Assembly (NCBI RefSeq): GCF_009914755.1
Contig: NC_060929.1
DNA length: 64,000 nt
Direction: 5' to 3' (one strand)
Source of the DNA: the human T2T-CHM13v2.0 reference genome, Homo sapiens
How positions within the stretch are numbered: the first letter of the stretch is position 1; each line of letters begins with the position of its first letter. The notes under the pieces are model-generated. The model saw only the letters and a program-made list of their open reading frames with translations. It ran no database searches and was not told where the DNA came from. Positions 37,115-52,144 of the stretch are shown piece by piece. A program made the translations under genes and the position numbers.

Positions 37115-37844
37115 CATATGTTTAAATAGACATATGTTCATCTTTCCAAGCAGTGGGAGACCCCAGCTTAGCACACCTTCCTTCTTTTCTGCCAACCTCC
37201 AGCCATGTGAAATTTCTTTACCCAGTTAAGCCTTGGTTTGGGCAAGTGAAAAAGGGATTAAAAATATCCACCTCAGAAGTGTATTGTGAAGATTAAAGAA
37301 ATACTGTATGTAAAGCTTTTAGTGCAGTGCCTGGAACCTAGAAAGCACCTAACAAGTGGCAAAATCTTCATCATTATTATCATCATCATCATCATCATCA
37401 TCAAGATGAGTACAAGAAAGTAGCCATTTAGCAAAGTGAAAGCAGAACAGACAGAAAACGTATATGAATCTATTACCACAATTAGGGGTAAAAAGGGCCT
37501 TTAATTATTTCCTGACAAGTTGCAGACAAAACCAATCAAAAAGCAATGAGTTTCCATGCTGCATCAAGCAGCACCGCATCACAGAGCTCCTCTTCGTGTC
37601 TCTCCCAGAACATCACAAAAGGCACAACCAACCAAAGAGGGATGCGTACTTGCAGGAGAACTGAACAATTAAGGGTATGCAACTAACAGAAATGAATTCA
37701 TTGGGAAAAAGTTTGGCAATTCCTAAGAACGTTAAACACAGAATTACCATGTGACCCAGCAATGACACTCCTAGGTATACATATATCCAAGAACACGTAT
37801 CTGCTAATAGGTATGAGGTTTCTTTTGAAGGTGATAGGAATATT

Positions 37845-38182
37845 CTTTTTTTTCTTTCTTTTTTTTTTTTTTGACACAGTCTTGCTCTGCCACTCAGGCT
37901 GGAGTGTGGAGTGCAGCGGCGCTATCATAGCTCACTTCAGCCTTCAACTCCTGGGCTCAAGGGATCCTCCCACCTTGGCCTCCCAAGTAGCTGGGACCAT
38001 AGGTGCATGCCACAACACCTAGCTAATTTTTTACTTATTCTTCTTCTTTTTTTCTTTTTTTTTTCTTGGTAGAGATGGGTCTCGTTATGTGCCCAGGCTG
38101 GTCTCAAACTCCTGGACTCAAGCAATCCTCCCACCTCAAGCTCCCAAAGTGCTGGGATTACGGGTGTAAGCCACCATACCCC
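37845..38182 (-). mobile_element. AluJ inserted in an old L1M 3' remnant
   Basis: Reverse Alu; gtgataggaa on both sides; L1M-like flanks about 37700-37840 and 38190-38284. Confidence 0.85.
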
Positions 38183-38284
38183 GTTGTGATAGGAACAGTC
38201 TGAAATTTGATAATGGTGGTGACTGCATAACACAGTAAATATATTAAAAACCACTGAATTGTGTACTTTAAAAATGGTGAAATA

Positions 38285-38756
38285 CAATAGCAAAGACTTG
38301 GAACCAACCCAAATGTCCAACAATGATAGACTGGATTAAGAAAATGTGGCACATATACACCATGGAATACTATGCAGCCATAAAAAATGATGAGTTCATG
38401 TCCTTTGTAGGGACATGGATGAAACTGGAAACCATCATTCTCAGCAAACTATCTCAGGGACAAAAAACCAAACACCGCATGTTCTCACTCATAGGTGGGA
38501 ATTGAACAATGAGAACACATGGACACAACAAGGGGAACATCACACACCGGGGACTGTTGTGGGGTGGGGGGAGGGGGGAGGGATAGCATTAGGAGATACA
38601 CCTAATGCTAAATGACGAGTTAATGGGTGCAGCACACCAACATGGCACATGTATACATATGTAACAAACCTGCACGTTGTGCACATGTACCCTAAAACTT
38701 AAAAGTATAATAATAAAATAAAATAAAAATAAAAATAAAAAAGAAAAGAAAAAAAG
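38285..38756 (+). mobile_element. 5'-truncated young L1PA 3' end
   Basis: End of ORF2 (RMFSLIGGN), G-rich 3'UTR and A tail; TSD core ggtgaaata. Confidence 0.92.
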
Positions 38757-39660
38757 GTGAAATATGTTATATGAATTATATCTCAATTGAAATAAAAAAA
38801 GAATTCATTCATTGTGCCAAAGTTTACTTAAATCTTATACTTAAGATTAAATATAAGATTAAATATAAAAATCTTATATTAAGATTAAATCTTAAATATA
38901 AGATTAGGCAAAGTAATTTAGAAAAATTATTTTATGCTATCCATAGAAGAAAAAAAGCAAGTGCAACAACAACAGCACCAAAAACAAGTTAGACGCAAAG
39001 AATAACAATTAAAAGGAAAAAAGAAATCTGACAGCATTTGCCACTTGTAAAAATTTCTGTTATATGAAGATTATATCAAACAACTCAGGACAAACATTTT
39101 TGCCTTATCCCTTGAGCAACTTTATAAGGTTTTTTAGTTTACTTCAAGGGATAACACTTCATTCAAGCAGGGATCATCTCTATGAAATAAATTTTAATAT
39201 ACAAACCTGACAGTAATTCTTCTTCTCTGAAAGACACACTACAGATTCCCAAAACTGAAGTTTGGAACCAAAACTAAGAATCCACGTGACAGCAGGCCCA
39301 GAGGTGGACCTTCCACTGCACACCAGTGTGCTTATAAATAGGAAGAAGTATTATTCTATTTTATAAATATAAAGGACATGCTAGTCTATTTTCCCAAGGG
39401 TCTCTCAAATCGGGCCTGCCATTAAGCCTATTAACCCAGTTTTTTCATACCAATGATAGTAGGCAGGGAGGACGGCAGCACAACTATTTTCTGTTTTTCC
39501 TCCTACACTGACTTTTTTCCTGCTTAACTGCCTTTCCGGGGATATATCAGGCAGTTAGCTCTTTTTGCTATTTGGAATCAAAGGATTCTAAGCACTAATG
39601 TTAAATATAATATATTCAAGCTTCTAAAATACTCACTGACTTTACATTATAAATCAGTAA

Positions 39661-40014
<354 letters not shown>

Positions 40015-40771
40015 TCTGCAAAAGAATTTTAAATATGACCTTTACCCCCACTGGATTTTCCTGGAATAATTATTTCAGCAAACTTCCCTAGACTTACTGC
40101 TCAGAGAAAATAAAACTCTTTAATTTCATAACATTTCTAACTGGTCAGAGAAATAACATATTAATGGTCCATCCTCTGTTATTCACACATATTAAGACTT
40201 TCCTAGGCAGTACGATTCTAATAAGGCATCAATACTTTTTGTATCCCCATCTGTTAACTATAAAAACTTCACTTTTCCAAGCTCACATTTACAAGACCCT
40301 TTCGCTCATCTGGGTCAGACTGTCTGCAACAGTAGGAAGGACCCAGACTCTCTTCCTGTGACTCTGTTCTACCAGTTTTCACTTCATTTTCCCCACTATT
40401 TCTGCTAAATAAACATCCACGGAGCTAATGTATATCCTTGGATCTAGCTGCTGACTCCTTCCCCATTGCCTTTGTCAGTTAATTTCTATTTTCACTCAAT
40501 TCCACGCTCCATGAGGCTCTGGAGTCCTTGAAATAGTCAATTTCCTAGGATCCAGGGGTGATTTGCTATTTTCTTCACCACTTCCCAGTTCCCTGGGGTC
40601 CTTCCATTGCTAATGCTAGTGACAGTATAAATAAGACTATGATAGTAAGATTGCTTCATATAAATGTTTTTGCCACTTTTTCAGCTTTTACTGAGGTATT
40701 TGAAGGCCAGAGAAGACAGAATATAAATTAGTGAATCCCTAACAGCAGCAATAAAATTATAGTTAATTCAG

Positions 40772-41256
40772 TCAGTGCTGTGTTGGTGAAGGTTTAACAA
40801 TAGGCTCTCTGGGGAGAAAAAGCCTTGATTTGGAGCATTTGCTGATTTCCATGGTAAATACACTCCGGCCATGGTTGATTTGAAGCTATCATTGTCACAT
40901 CACTGAAAATCACATCTAGTGAGGAGACTGATTAGAGATGTGCTGTACCACACCATGATACAGTATTCCACCATGCAGATACAAGAGATATAAACAGCCC
41001 CAAGAGCATGGATAACTGTAAATATAGTAAAATAAATAGTAAGTGATGAGTTTGAGCATTTATTATATTTGTTGTTCATGTAATTTATTTGTTTACAAGC
41101 TTCTATGATTTAATTTTAAGTTATTTTTGTCTTTTTAATTGACTTTATGATTTAGTTTTTAACAATGGTTATGTTTAATAATGGCTCACAAAATTCCTGA
41201 AAATTTAGCAATTTGCTTTTGCAAGCAAGTACGAGCCAGCTCCAGTGCATCATTGA
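40772..41256. mobile_element. MER63-like hAT DNA transposon
   Basis: Right end reverse-complements to caatgatgcactggagctggctcgtac, like the MER63 terminus. Confidence 0.6.
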
Positions 41257-41613
41257 TTATAGGATATAGGAAAGACCTACACATAACCTTCAGGATGTTG
41301 TGGCATTATCAGGTATGGCCCAGCTTGTTGCAGCAGGCCTGGGTGACTTGAAGAGCCGTGGAATCTGGACCTGGATGAGCCCAATGGAGATGCAAAAGGA
41401 TGTAAGAGGCAGAGTGAGCTGGAGGAGCTAGAAGAAATCTGACATGGCATCGGAGATAAATAGGAATTAGTGGATCCTCTAAAAAATGACTGGGATGACA
41501 GAGACTTCTAGTTATACTTGGTAGATTTAATATACTTAGTTACTTTCCTTGTTCCCTTTCAATGCCTCCTGAAACCATCCTAAAAGGATAAAAGAATAAA
41601 AAAGCACAAAACT

Positions 41614-42224
41614 ACAGGAGATCCCCATGACTCATGGATTCTGTGTTTGCAAACTTGCCTACTCAGTAAAACTTATTTGTAGCCCCAAATCAATACTCAT
41701 CGTGTTTTCCACAATTATTTGTGAATGTGGTCAGAGTGGTGAAAAATTTGAGTCGTCCAACACACAAGTTCCCAGCAGAGGCTGAACAAAGCAACACTCT
41801 GCCTTTGTTCTGGATCTCATACTGTAAACATCATCCTTTTCATGGTCTATTTAGTGTCACGTTTTTCATACCTTCGTGCTTTTTGTTGATAACTTTGCTG
41901 TCTAAAGTGGCCCCCAAGCACAGTGCTGAAGGGCTGTCTGGTTTCCTAAGTGCCTTGCAAAGAATATACATGTTAGATAAGCTTTGTTCAGGCATGAGTG
42001 ACAGTGCTGTTGGCCATGAGCTCAATGTTAATGAATCAACAATCTATATTAAACAGGGTGTCTTTAAAAAGAACCTATACATAACACAAAGCTATGTGTT
42101 GATCCTGGGCTCACAAGAATCTAACCCTGTGTTTCCCCTAGAAGCAACAATTCAATATTTACGAATTCAGTGTTTGCTGCAACTTTCTAGAACATAATTA
42201 CTGTGAATAATGAGAATTAACTGG
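41614..42224. mobile_element. MER82-like TcMar-Tigger non-autonomous element
   Basis: Matches recalled MER82 sequence (ttgcctactc...atttgtagccccaaatcaatactc; gaaaaatttgagtcg); TA-flanked decayed TIRs. Confidence 0.7.
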
Positions 42225-42818
42225 TATAATAACGAGGAGAACAGAAGTGATGATTAGAACAACTAAATTTCAAAAGTTACAAGGCATATAGATGAGTGGA
42301 ATCAGCTCACCAGAGAAAGCCAGACTGAAGCAAGTATTGGCCAGGCTCAGAAATAGGAGAGCCAGTGAATGCAGGTGACGTTCATAACAGGAGAATGAGT
42401 TGAAGGTGTGTGTAAGAAGCCATTAGATCTCTATTTCCCACCCCCAACCCGGCACAGTCAAGTTTTCTCAACCCGGGCAGAAAACTAATTTATTTTCTAT
42501 AGTGGCTGATCCCCACTTGCTTCTGGACTCAGGGTTACCACTCGTAGGATAAGGTTATCATCCTGAAATTGGGGAATTCAGGCGAAGTCCTCACGGAGAA
42601 TGGTAAAACTGTTTTTCCCTTTTCCTCCACTCAGCTCTGACAACCCTGGCTACTAGCTTTATACCAACCAGATGGCAGACTGAAGGACATCCCTCTGGGG
42701 ATACTGCCTGGGCCAAAAGAAAATATCTGTGTGTATTAGGAAGGGGAGGGAAGAATCTCTCAGTGAAACAGCCCTCTTAGATCATCCTACGGTTAATCCC
42801 ACTGGTCAAAAAGTCATC

Positions 42819-42822
<4 letters not shown>

Positions 42823-42880
<58 letters not shown>
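42823..42880. repeat. Perfect (AC)29 microsatellite
   Basis: Counted directly. Confidence 0.97.
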
Positions 42881-42882
<2 letters not shown>

Positions 42883-43128
42883 TCTAATCAGCTTTGTTAT
42901 GCCTCGCCCTTAAATATCAGGAACAACTGAAGACTAATAGGTATTTGAAGAGGGCATCTAATATAAAAGAGACAAAAAAAATTAAAAATATAAAAAAGAA
43001 CTCATAGGAAACAGAAATAATGCTGGAAGATTAGATAACTTCCAAAAACCTATCATGGACATCAGTATATAGTTAAACAATGACATAATTTTCACAGAAC
43101 AATAATAAGTTTTAAAAAAGAACACTCA

Positions 43129-43415
43129 GTCCAGGTGTGATGGCTCACACCTGTAATCCCAGCACTTTGGGAGGCCAAGGCGGGTGGATCACTTGAGGTT
43201 AGGAGTTTGAGACCAGCCTCACCATCATGGTGAAACACCATCTCTACTAAAAATACAAAAATTAGCTGGGTGTGGTGGCAGGTGTCTGTAATGCCAGCTA
43301 CTTGGAGGCTAGGCAGGAGAATTCCTTGAACCTGGGAGGCAAAGGTGACAGTGAGCTGAGATTGTGCCATTGTACTCCAGCCTGGGTAATAGAGTGAGAC
43401 TCCATCTCAAAAAAA
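43129..43415 (+). mobile_element. AluS
   Basis: Alu dimer. Confidence 0.9.
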
Positions 43416-43449
43416 TTTTTTTTAAATTAAAAAATTAGAAAGCACACCC

Positions 43450-44080
43450 AGAGAATAACATTAACAAAAAACTCTTAAAAATTAAAAGCAGAAACTGAAA
43501 TTTTAATATACAAATTGAAAAGTAAAATTGAGAAAATCTCCCAGAAAATAGAACAGCAATGCTAGGAGTGAAAAAAAAAGAACTAGAAAATATGAAAGAA
43601 AGGGTCAAAAAATAAGCTCACTTTGCAATATCTGACATCCAAATTACATTGGATGAATTACAGAAAGAATGACAAAGAAGACCGAGGGGAGGAAACTATC
43701 ACACATATAATTAAGAAATTTCCTAGAACTTAAGAATATCAGTTTCCATGAGATAGGGTCCACAAAGGACCACAGAAACAATTTTTTTTAAAGACATGAA
43801 ATATCAGAACATTGGGCAAAGAGAGAATCCCAAAAGCTTTCAGAAGAGAAAAAGAGAAACAACAACAGGTCTTATAAAAGGATTGGGAATCACAGCACCT
43901 ACTTTTCATAGCAATACTGAGTGCTAGGATAAACAATCACTTCAAAATTCCAAGAGAAAACAATTTCTAATCTCAAATTCTATGCCCAGTAAAACAATCA
44001 ATCAAATGAAAGGGCAGAATCAAGACATTTCTCAAAACATTAGCTGTCACATATGCTTCTCAGGAAGCTACTGGGAGAGG
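43450..44080 (+). mobile_element. Ancient L1M/HAL1 ORF1-like remnant
   Basis: A-rich sequence with decayed ORF1 motifs (ttcaaaattccaagagaaaacaatttc...aaattctatgcccag). Confidence 0.5.
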
Positions 44081-47000
44081 GACACCACCAAAAGGAGGAT
44101 GTTCACAAGAAAGAGAAACACAGTATATTGGGCTTGGGTGCATATAACCAATTACCAAGTAAAAGTGGCATAAACAAGAAACAATTCTATTTCTCTCCTA
44201 TGTGACAAGAAGTGAGACTATTGATCTAATCAAACATTATGATTAGGAGAATAGGTAAAGGGGAAGTGGGTGCATATTTGGAGGGAGGCCTTAAATCCAC
44301 ATATTCCTTGGTGTAAAATCAATACACAATATCTACAATTGAAGAAAACTTGAAGAAACAGTAATATAAGCAAATTATTATAAATTATAGAAGCAAACGT
44401 GAGAAGAATCAGCTAAAAGCGTCATCAGTGTTACAAAGAATTGGCCTCGGGTAGGTGGACAGACGAGTATTGTTTTTCATTAGGGATTTTGAATATCTAG
44501 TATCTATCTGACTTCTTAAGCCATGTATAACCTCGTTCACCATGCTGGGGGTGGTGGAAGTGGATGGAGGGAAGATGGGTGGGGAGAGGCCAAGGATCTA
44601 TGTCATGGGAGTTGGCAATACTCTGAAGCCATGGCAATAAGACATCATCAAGTGAGTCTGGCAGCCGAGGGCGGAACCCAGGCAGAAGCTCAAAGAGAAT
44701 TTCCCTTCCTGGAGGGAGCAGACAAGAACCAGGCAGGCCAGGTCCTCAAGGGACTGAGGGCTGGTAGGTTTCCAAGGCAGGCAGCCAGGCCCAGGAAATA
44801 AGGCAAAGTGGGGACATGGGTTTCAGAACTGAGACACCAGGCCAGAACCTGTCTGGATGCCAATGCAAGCAGATGCTGGGCCCCAGGGTGCTTGGAACTC
44901 ACTCCTTATCTCCCTCTGGCCTGAGATAAGGATCACGCTCAGGTTGAGGCTGGCAGATGAGGGCCACAAGGGAAGCAAAACTAGAAACATGGGAGGCTTG
45001 ACAAACAGTAAGTCAACACTGGATCTGAGAGCTATAGGTCGTTGTCATCCTTCAAAATGTCTGTTAGTCCAAGACTGGGTGCCATAAACAGCCCCTCAAA
45101 ATCTATCCCCAGGACTAGTTAGTTATGCTGTATCCACACAATGTAATAGTATGCAGCCAACGAAACAAACCCTGAAGGTTCTGGGAAAGTTTTTCTTTTT
45201 TGAATTAGGTGTCATCATTTCCTACTTTCTCTTTCTATGTTCTTCATGCCCGAAACATGGTACCTGGCAATGCAGCAACACCTGCGTGGGTAGAATCATC
45301 TTGTGACCCTGGGGCAATATGCATGTGAACATGCCTATATTCTAAGAATGGCAAAATGTGAAGATGAACAAAGAAAAGGAAAAGGTTCACTGAAGACATC
45401 ATTAAGCCACCCACCCCAGAATTCGTGATGTCTCAAATAAAATAACTAAACACATGCCTAACCAATGGGCCTTCCTAATGTGATGGGGATGGATTTAATT
45501 GGAAACTAAAACTTCTAGTCTTTCTAATATTTCAGAAACTTAAAATTCACTCCTCTATAATGCGATGGGAGTGCAAAATGAGTTCAAAACTCTCCCTCAG
45601 TACTCCTGTTTGGAGTAACTACCTCTCCACAAACAAAATCCACAAAACTCATCCTCAAAATAGCCTTTGAGGACTCTGGAGAACTCAAGGTATATGAATT
45701 TAATCATGTCTTGTCTTATCACATCCTAATTGATATATTTTTTCTATCCCTATGTTGCAGGTGGGGACTCTGAGGGACACATCTTCTTCAGGTCTAGCCA
45801 ATTTGTTAGGATAATAAATTACAAAACACATTTATCATCCTCAAAAGTTTGCTCAAAATAATTTTGAATGTATCATATAAAGGATATTTATACCAGCTTA
45901 AAAGCCCTTAGCCCATTTAAATGAATTGCTTACTTTGAAAAAGCTATAATAAGAAGTTGGTCATTTCCCTAATATGCAATTAAAGCAATTAAAAACATTT
46001 CCCAAATGCTTATGTGGACTGCTGCTGATACAAACTGCTGTTGTTTGGGAGTTGACTGGAAAGGTCCCACTGATTTCTGTACATGGAAGAAACATACTGT
46101 TGACTTGTAAGAAAATCAAGTTATTCAACTTAATGGATCAGTACAGGAAACAAAACTCTGTTTGCCAAGCAGAATATTTCACTGTGTTTATGTTTCTCCT
46201 GATCTAAATGTGCTAGCTTTGAATACTGCTTTTAAACTAACATGCACAAGTGGCATTTGATATGGTCTACTTTATTCATTAAAACAAAGTGAAGATTATT
46301 ATGGAGTCACTTTGAAAGGTAGTTTGGGCTTTCTTATTTAATTAATCCATTACACTTAACCTTCCCGTATTTTACTCCCTGCAAGTCTTGCAACCATTAT
46401 TAACACTACACAAATATGTTTTGCATTATTAAATTTAAGAATTTAGTACTCAGTAAAATTCTCTGCAGGAATATTGTTATTAAATGAGTTCATTAAACCT
46501 AACCACACTAATTAACAGCCAAGTGATGAGGAACATTCATACAAAAGTGAACTATATTCCATCTTCATAACCTCTCTGCTAATTCTAGCAAATGAACATA
46601 AGCAATCTCAGGAAAAAAAATCCAGGAAGGTTATAGAAACCACACATACCTCAGTGGAAACCAGCTCCTCCAAAATAAATGTCCAGGCTTGTCTGAAACT
46701 TGCTCCTCATCACATCATCTATCAGTAATTTTCAATTAAGTGTACAATGGGGTCTAGCTCCACCCTCCCTTATGCCTGTAATGACATGACTGGAAACGTA
46801 GGGCATTTTAATTCTACAACTATTAACCAGTCCCAGCTGGCCACAGCTCAGCATTTTCAGGGGCTCCTACATATAAAATCTTCAACCTCTAGTACAAGGA
46901 TGATCTCTTAACCACAAGAAAAACAAATGAATCCCAAGTAGAAGAACGTCAATAGATTTTAATGTATAACTAATATCTACAGACCCCTGCCCTCACCCTT

Positions 47001-47801
47001 ATTCCCTGTAGTGGATGCTGGGATGCAGCACCACACCCCTCTTTACCGACTGAAGCATGTGTTCTCTCAGCTGCCAGCAGGGTTGGCTGCAGAAGGCTTA
47101 TGACTGAGTCCCTTCCTGGGAACTGCTTTCTGTGGAAGGCAGACACTTATGCCCCTTCCCCAGAGACACCCCATATCCAATGACTATATGATATGAGGCT
47201 ACAAAGGCCTAGCCCTCTTGCCTCAACTCTTGGCTATGCTGAAGGACAATCTTATTTCCAGAACTTCCTGTAAGATCAGCTGAGACATCTCCTGTAAGTC
47301 TGTCACAGTTCAACTTCTCCATGTGCCTAATCCTGCTTCCTTCACTCCCTCACAGGTGTTGATCCCAAGTGTAATCCTAGGGAACCCGACTTAAGGCCTC
47401 CCCATCTGAAGAACACAATCTCAAGGAAGAATTTAAGGGGAAACCTGTCTACACAGTTTGACTTTCTGTAAAGAAGTAAGTTAATTCCAACTAAACACAG
47501 TTGGACTTTTTAGTTTAAGGGTTCAATTCCTCACAGTCCAAAAGACATTAAATAAAATTTAGCCATCTTAATAGAAATGTCTTTGAAGCCCCTAGGTTCA
47601 CTTATTTTAAAAGAACAAGATTTACTTATCCAGCCGAATTGTTTCCCAGTCTAGCTAATAACCTAGACCTATTAAGGTAATAATGTTGGGTCAGAATTTA
47701 TATCTGTAATCACACTATATCTAAGTATCCCATTATCCATTAGCTCTCCTTCACCGAAGAAATAGGACAAAAACTTTACATATACTCTTTTTGAGGGGGA
47801 G

Positions 47802-48187
47802 TGTTGTATAGTGAATTGTGTTCCCCTTCCCAAATTCATATGCTGAAGCTCTAACCTCCAATGTGACTCTATCTGAAGACAGGGTCTTTAGGAGGTAATT
47901 AATGTGAAATGTGGGTCGTAAAGGTGGGGTCCTAATCCAATTGGACTGTAGCCTTATATGAAGAGACAGAAAGAGAGAGAGAGAGAGAGATCTTTCTCTC
48001 TGTGCCATGTGAGGGCACAGGGAGAAGGTGGGTGTCTGCAAGCCAGGAAAAGAGCACATTAGCCAGCATCAACTAGCATCTTAATCTTGGATCTCCTAGC
48101 CTCCAGAACCACGAAAAAATTAATTTCTATTATTTAAACCACCTAGTCTATGGTACTTTGTTGTGGCGGCCAGGGCTGACTAAGATA
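47802..48187 (+). mobile_element. MLT1A-like MaLR LTR
   Basis: aattcatatgctgaagctctaacctcc...tttaaaccacctagtctatggtactttg...gactaagata. Confidence 0.8.
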
Positions 48188-49941
48188 GGGGGTGAAGGGA
48201 CATGTAATGCAAGTAAACTAAAGCACTTATTCCTCACAGATGCCTCGCTTGTTTTCCTCTTTAGCTCTGCATCACTCCTTTTTCTCAACCTCTTTTCTCC
48301 AGGTCCTTTTTCCCCCTCATTCAGTGTTAGTGCCTTTGACTCAAGAGTGGTACACATATTTTCAGGCCCTGGCTAGATCAGTTGGTGGTGTTCTGTTCAG
48401 GGTTTCAGAGGCTGCTGGGTCATGGCCTAAAGTCTATCCAGAGAAATTCTGAGGGCACTTCATATAGTGAGGAGAATTTGGAAATAAGGTGGCTGAGAGC
48501 TAAATAAGCAAACATATAAATACATGAATGAACAAAGAAACCAACACAGTCAATGACATTAGCAACATATAGAAGTAAAACGTCCTGTGAGATAATCCTG
48601 TGGGTGGGAAAACACTGAAACCTAATCAAGGTCACGTCTTTGTACATTCAGGCCTGAAATGCAATCACAACAGTCACTGTGATCTAAGCAACTGCCAGGA
48701 GAGCTCATGAGTTCACAGATGGAAGAAACCATGGGGATTAGCCATAGATTTCCCTTCTATGGATCCAAGCAACCTTCTCATTAGAACTTGGTTGCCTGTT
48801 TCTCTTCCCCACTCAGGAGTGACAAAGTATGTGTGACTCTGTTAATACATGTGTTCCATTGCACTTGGTAGTCATTTTTTCAACACTAACTTGGAAAAAT
48901 GGTAGCCTGGGAGGTACATCAATCTTTCATAAGTTTTGTTAACATGAATTAGCTCCACTGAGCTAGGTCATGGCTGACAGAATGCTAAAATCTAATTTTG
49001 GACCATGAAGTTCCTAGTAGGGCAGAGCACTAGGTAAAGTTCTTCCTATGTAGATAGTTGGCCTCCCTTAGTTATTTTAGGTAAGCTGGAGCTGTATTAA
49101 AGGGGAGCCTTGAATGCTAGACTTAAGATGGGCCTCTATTCTCTCTGCAACAAAGGTCCAGCCCTCTGAGGGTAGAAACATAAGTAAAATTTTATGTTGA
49201 GAAGATGACATTGGCAGTGTATGAAAGACAGGCTGGAAGCTAGACAGAGTAAACAGGAAGGACAATTCCTCAGGACAGTTGCTCAGGGTGAGGATTTGAA
49301 ATGTTCTAGTGGGAATCAGAAAGCATGTATATGAGAGGTAAGGCAAAGAAAGAATCAAGAGGTCTTGCCAACTTTGTTTGTAGGAGGGCATGGAAAAGTA
49401 AGTTCTGGGGTCTGGTTGAATGTGAAAAATAGAGATGACAGAAGCTGGTACAGAGGTCAGAGTGTGCTAGTTGGAGGGTGGTCAGCGTGAAGAGACTGCA
49501 GATGGAACTGATCATGAGGGCCCGTACTCTGAAGAGAAGCTGGGTTACAGGAATAAGCTTCAGAGTTAATAGTGCAGGGTAAACTTATGGAAATGAGTAT
49601 GAACACTGAGAGGGGCACATGGAGAATGGAAAGGAGAGGGACCAAGCCTTGTTGAAAGCTAAAATGTGTACGGTAGGAAGAGCAATGGTCTAAAAAGAAA
49701 AGGAGCCAGTGGCAACAGAGAAGTATGAGGGAAATTGAGAGCCCTCTTAAGAGGTAGCTATGGTGTCAGAAGAGTAGGAAGTGAGATTATCTGCTGAGGG
49801 AGAAAGGAAGGGGAGGAGCTTGAGGTAGTGAAAGGATTGGAGGAGTTTTCCAGTGGATTATGGGAGAGAGTTGAGAAGAGATGAAGAAATGGCTAACTGA
49901 ACAGTGCTAAGGGCCTAACCAGATTAGTTGCATATGGTAGG

Positions 49942-50245
49942 TGTATTAGTTTGCTAGGGCTGCTATGACAAAGTACCACAAACTGAGGGGCTTAGACAAA
50001 AGAAAAGTAGTGATTTACACTTCTGGATGCCAGAAGTCTAAGATAGAGGAGTTGGCAGGGCCTTTCTCTCTCTGAGGGCACTAGGAAAGGATCTGTTCCA
50101 GGCCTCTCTCCTGGGCACCAGTCATATTTGATTAGCATCTCACCCTACTCCAGTATGATCTTAACTAATTACATCTGCAATGACTCTATTTCCAAGCAAG
50201 GTCACATCTTGAGGTACAAGGGGCTAGGACATCTACATATAAATG
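49942..50245 (-). mobile_element. MLT1-type MaLR LTR (internally deleted)
   Basis: tgtattagtttgctagggctgctatgacaaagtaccacaaactg terminus. Confidence 0.75.
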
Positions 50246-50409
50246 GGGTGGGTGAAGGGCTTCCTGGGGCATTAGAAAGCTAGAGGCAGAGATGCTGTTC
50301 AGGGACACCTGAGTACCGACTCTGGTTTCTTCCTGCTCCTGCAACAGGCCATGAGGCTATGGCCTTAGAGGGGTATACCTTGAGGCTGTAGTTTAAAAGC
50401 TAACAGTGT

Positions 50410-51056
<647 letters not shown>

Positions 51057-51846
51057 AGCTAACAGTGTTGGCTCGGAGCTGGAGTGTACCTGGGCTTTAA
51101 CCTTGGCTCTGCCACGTATTTATCATGTGCTCAGAGACAAGTGACCTAAACTGACTTTACTCAATTTCGTGTCTATAAAATGGGAATAATAATAGGACCC
51201 CTCCCATAGGGTTATGAGAACTAAACACATTAATGAATAGCATGCCTAATGAAGTTGTATTATTCTCATTTTATAGATAAAGAAACTGAGACATATAGAT
51301 TAACCAACTTGCCCAAGATCATTTAGTAGCAGAGTCAAATTCGGTCTATAGAAATCAAAAGTTCATGCTTTTCACTATTGTTACATTGTTTCCAGTATTA
51401 GCTGATTCGTTTGTCCATTAATTGGATATTAGCATTTAAATAAAAAGTTGATAAGGAAAAAATAAAAATAAAACATTTTCCTTTGTAAAATTTTCTTCTG
51501 GGGGTGCTGGGGAGTAAATTAGCTACAAAATCAATTACAAGGAGAATGATTAAATATAAAGAGTTAAAAACAGGAATATAATTTCCAAGTGCTCTTTTCC
51601 AAATATTATCGCTGCAAGGTTTGAACAGGAGAAAGCCAGTAGAGATAAGAAAAATCAAAACTGAATAAACTTGATGTTAAATCAGCTTCTATTTCTTCTT
51701 GTCTTTCCTCCCATTTTCTCCAGTTGCCATGCTACTCCTGAGGATCTAGGATAATACTGAAAGAAGCACATATGGGGCACAAGATTTCTAGCACTTTAAA
51801 GCTTAATGCTTTAAAAGTATGTTTTGAGGCTTCTTTAAAAGTTTAT

Positions 51847-52144
51847 GGATCTTGCCCAGAGCTGGAGTCGGAGTCCCCGAGGCTGCCGCCGAGAGTGCCC
51901 GCGAGCCCGTGGCCCAGCCGAAGCTCTTTCCCGCCGCCTCTCCGCGCCTCGTCCCCGTCCAGCCCCACCCAACCCCCAACCCAGCCTGGTCCCCTGACCC
52001 TCAGTCTGGCCCGGTCTGGCCTCCCAGCAGGGTCACGCAACTGCCCCGGGGACGATGAAAGGAGGATAAATGGTGCCCAAGGTGGACAGCGGTGCCTTCC
52101 TGCTGCTCTTCCTGCTCTTGCTGTCACTGAGCCGTTGCGGCCAG
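51847..52144 (+). pseudogene. DGCR2: DGCR2 exon 1 copy (5'UTR plus signal-peptide coding part, frameshifted)
   Basis: ATG at 52070 gives [16 protein letters not shown] and, after an apparent 4-nt deletion, VTEPLRP. This matches the recalled DGCR2 N-terminus [26 protein letters not shown]. CpG-rich leader. Confidence 0.85.

Noticed and set aside
37369-37402. Poly-Met ORF segment
   Set aside because: Translation of a (CAT)n microsatellite.
41721-42197. 158-aa ORF
   Set aside because: Inside a MER82-like non-autonomous element, with no convincing transposase motif.
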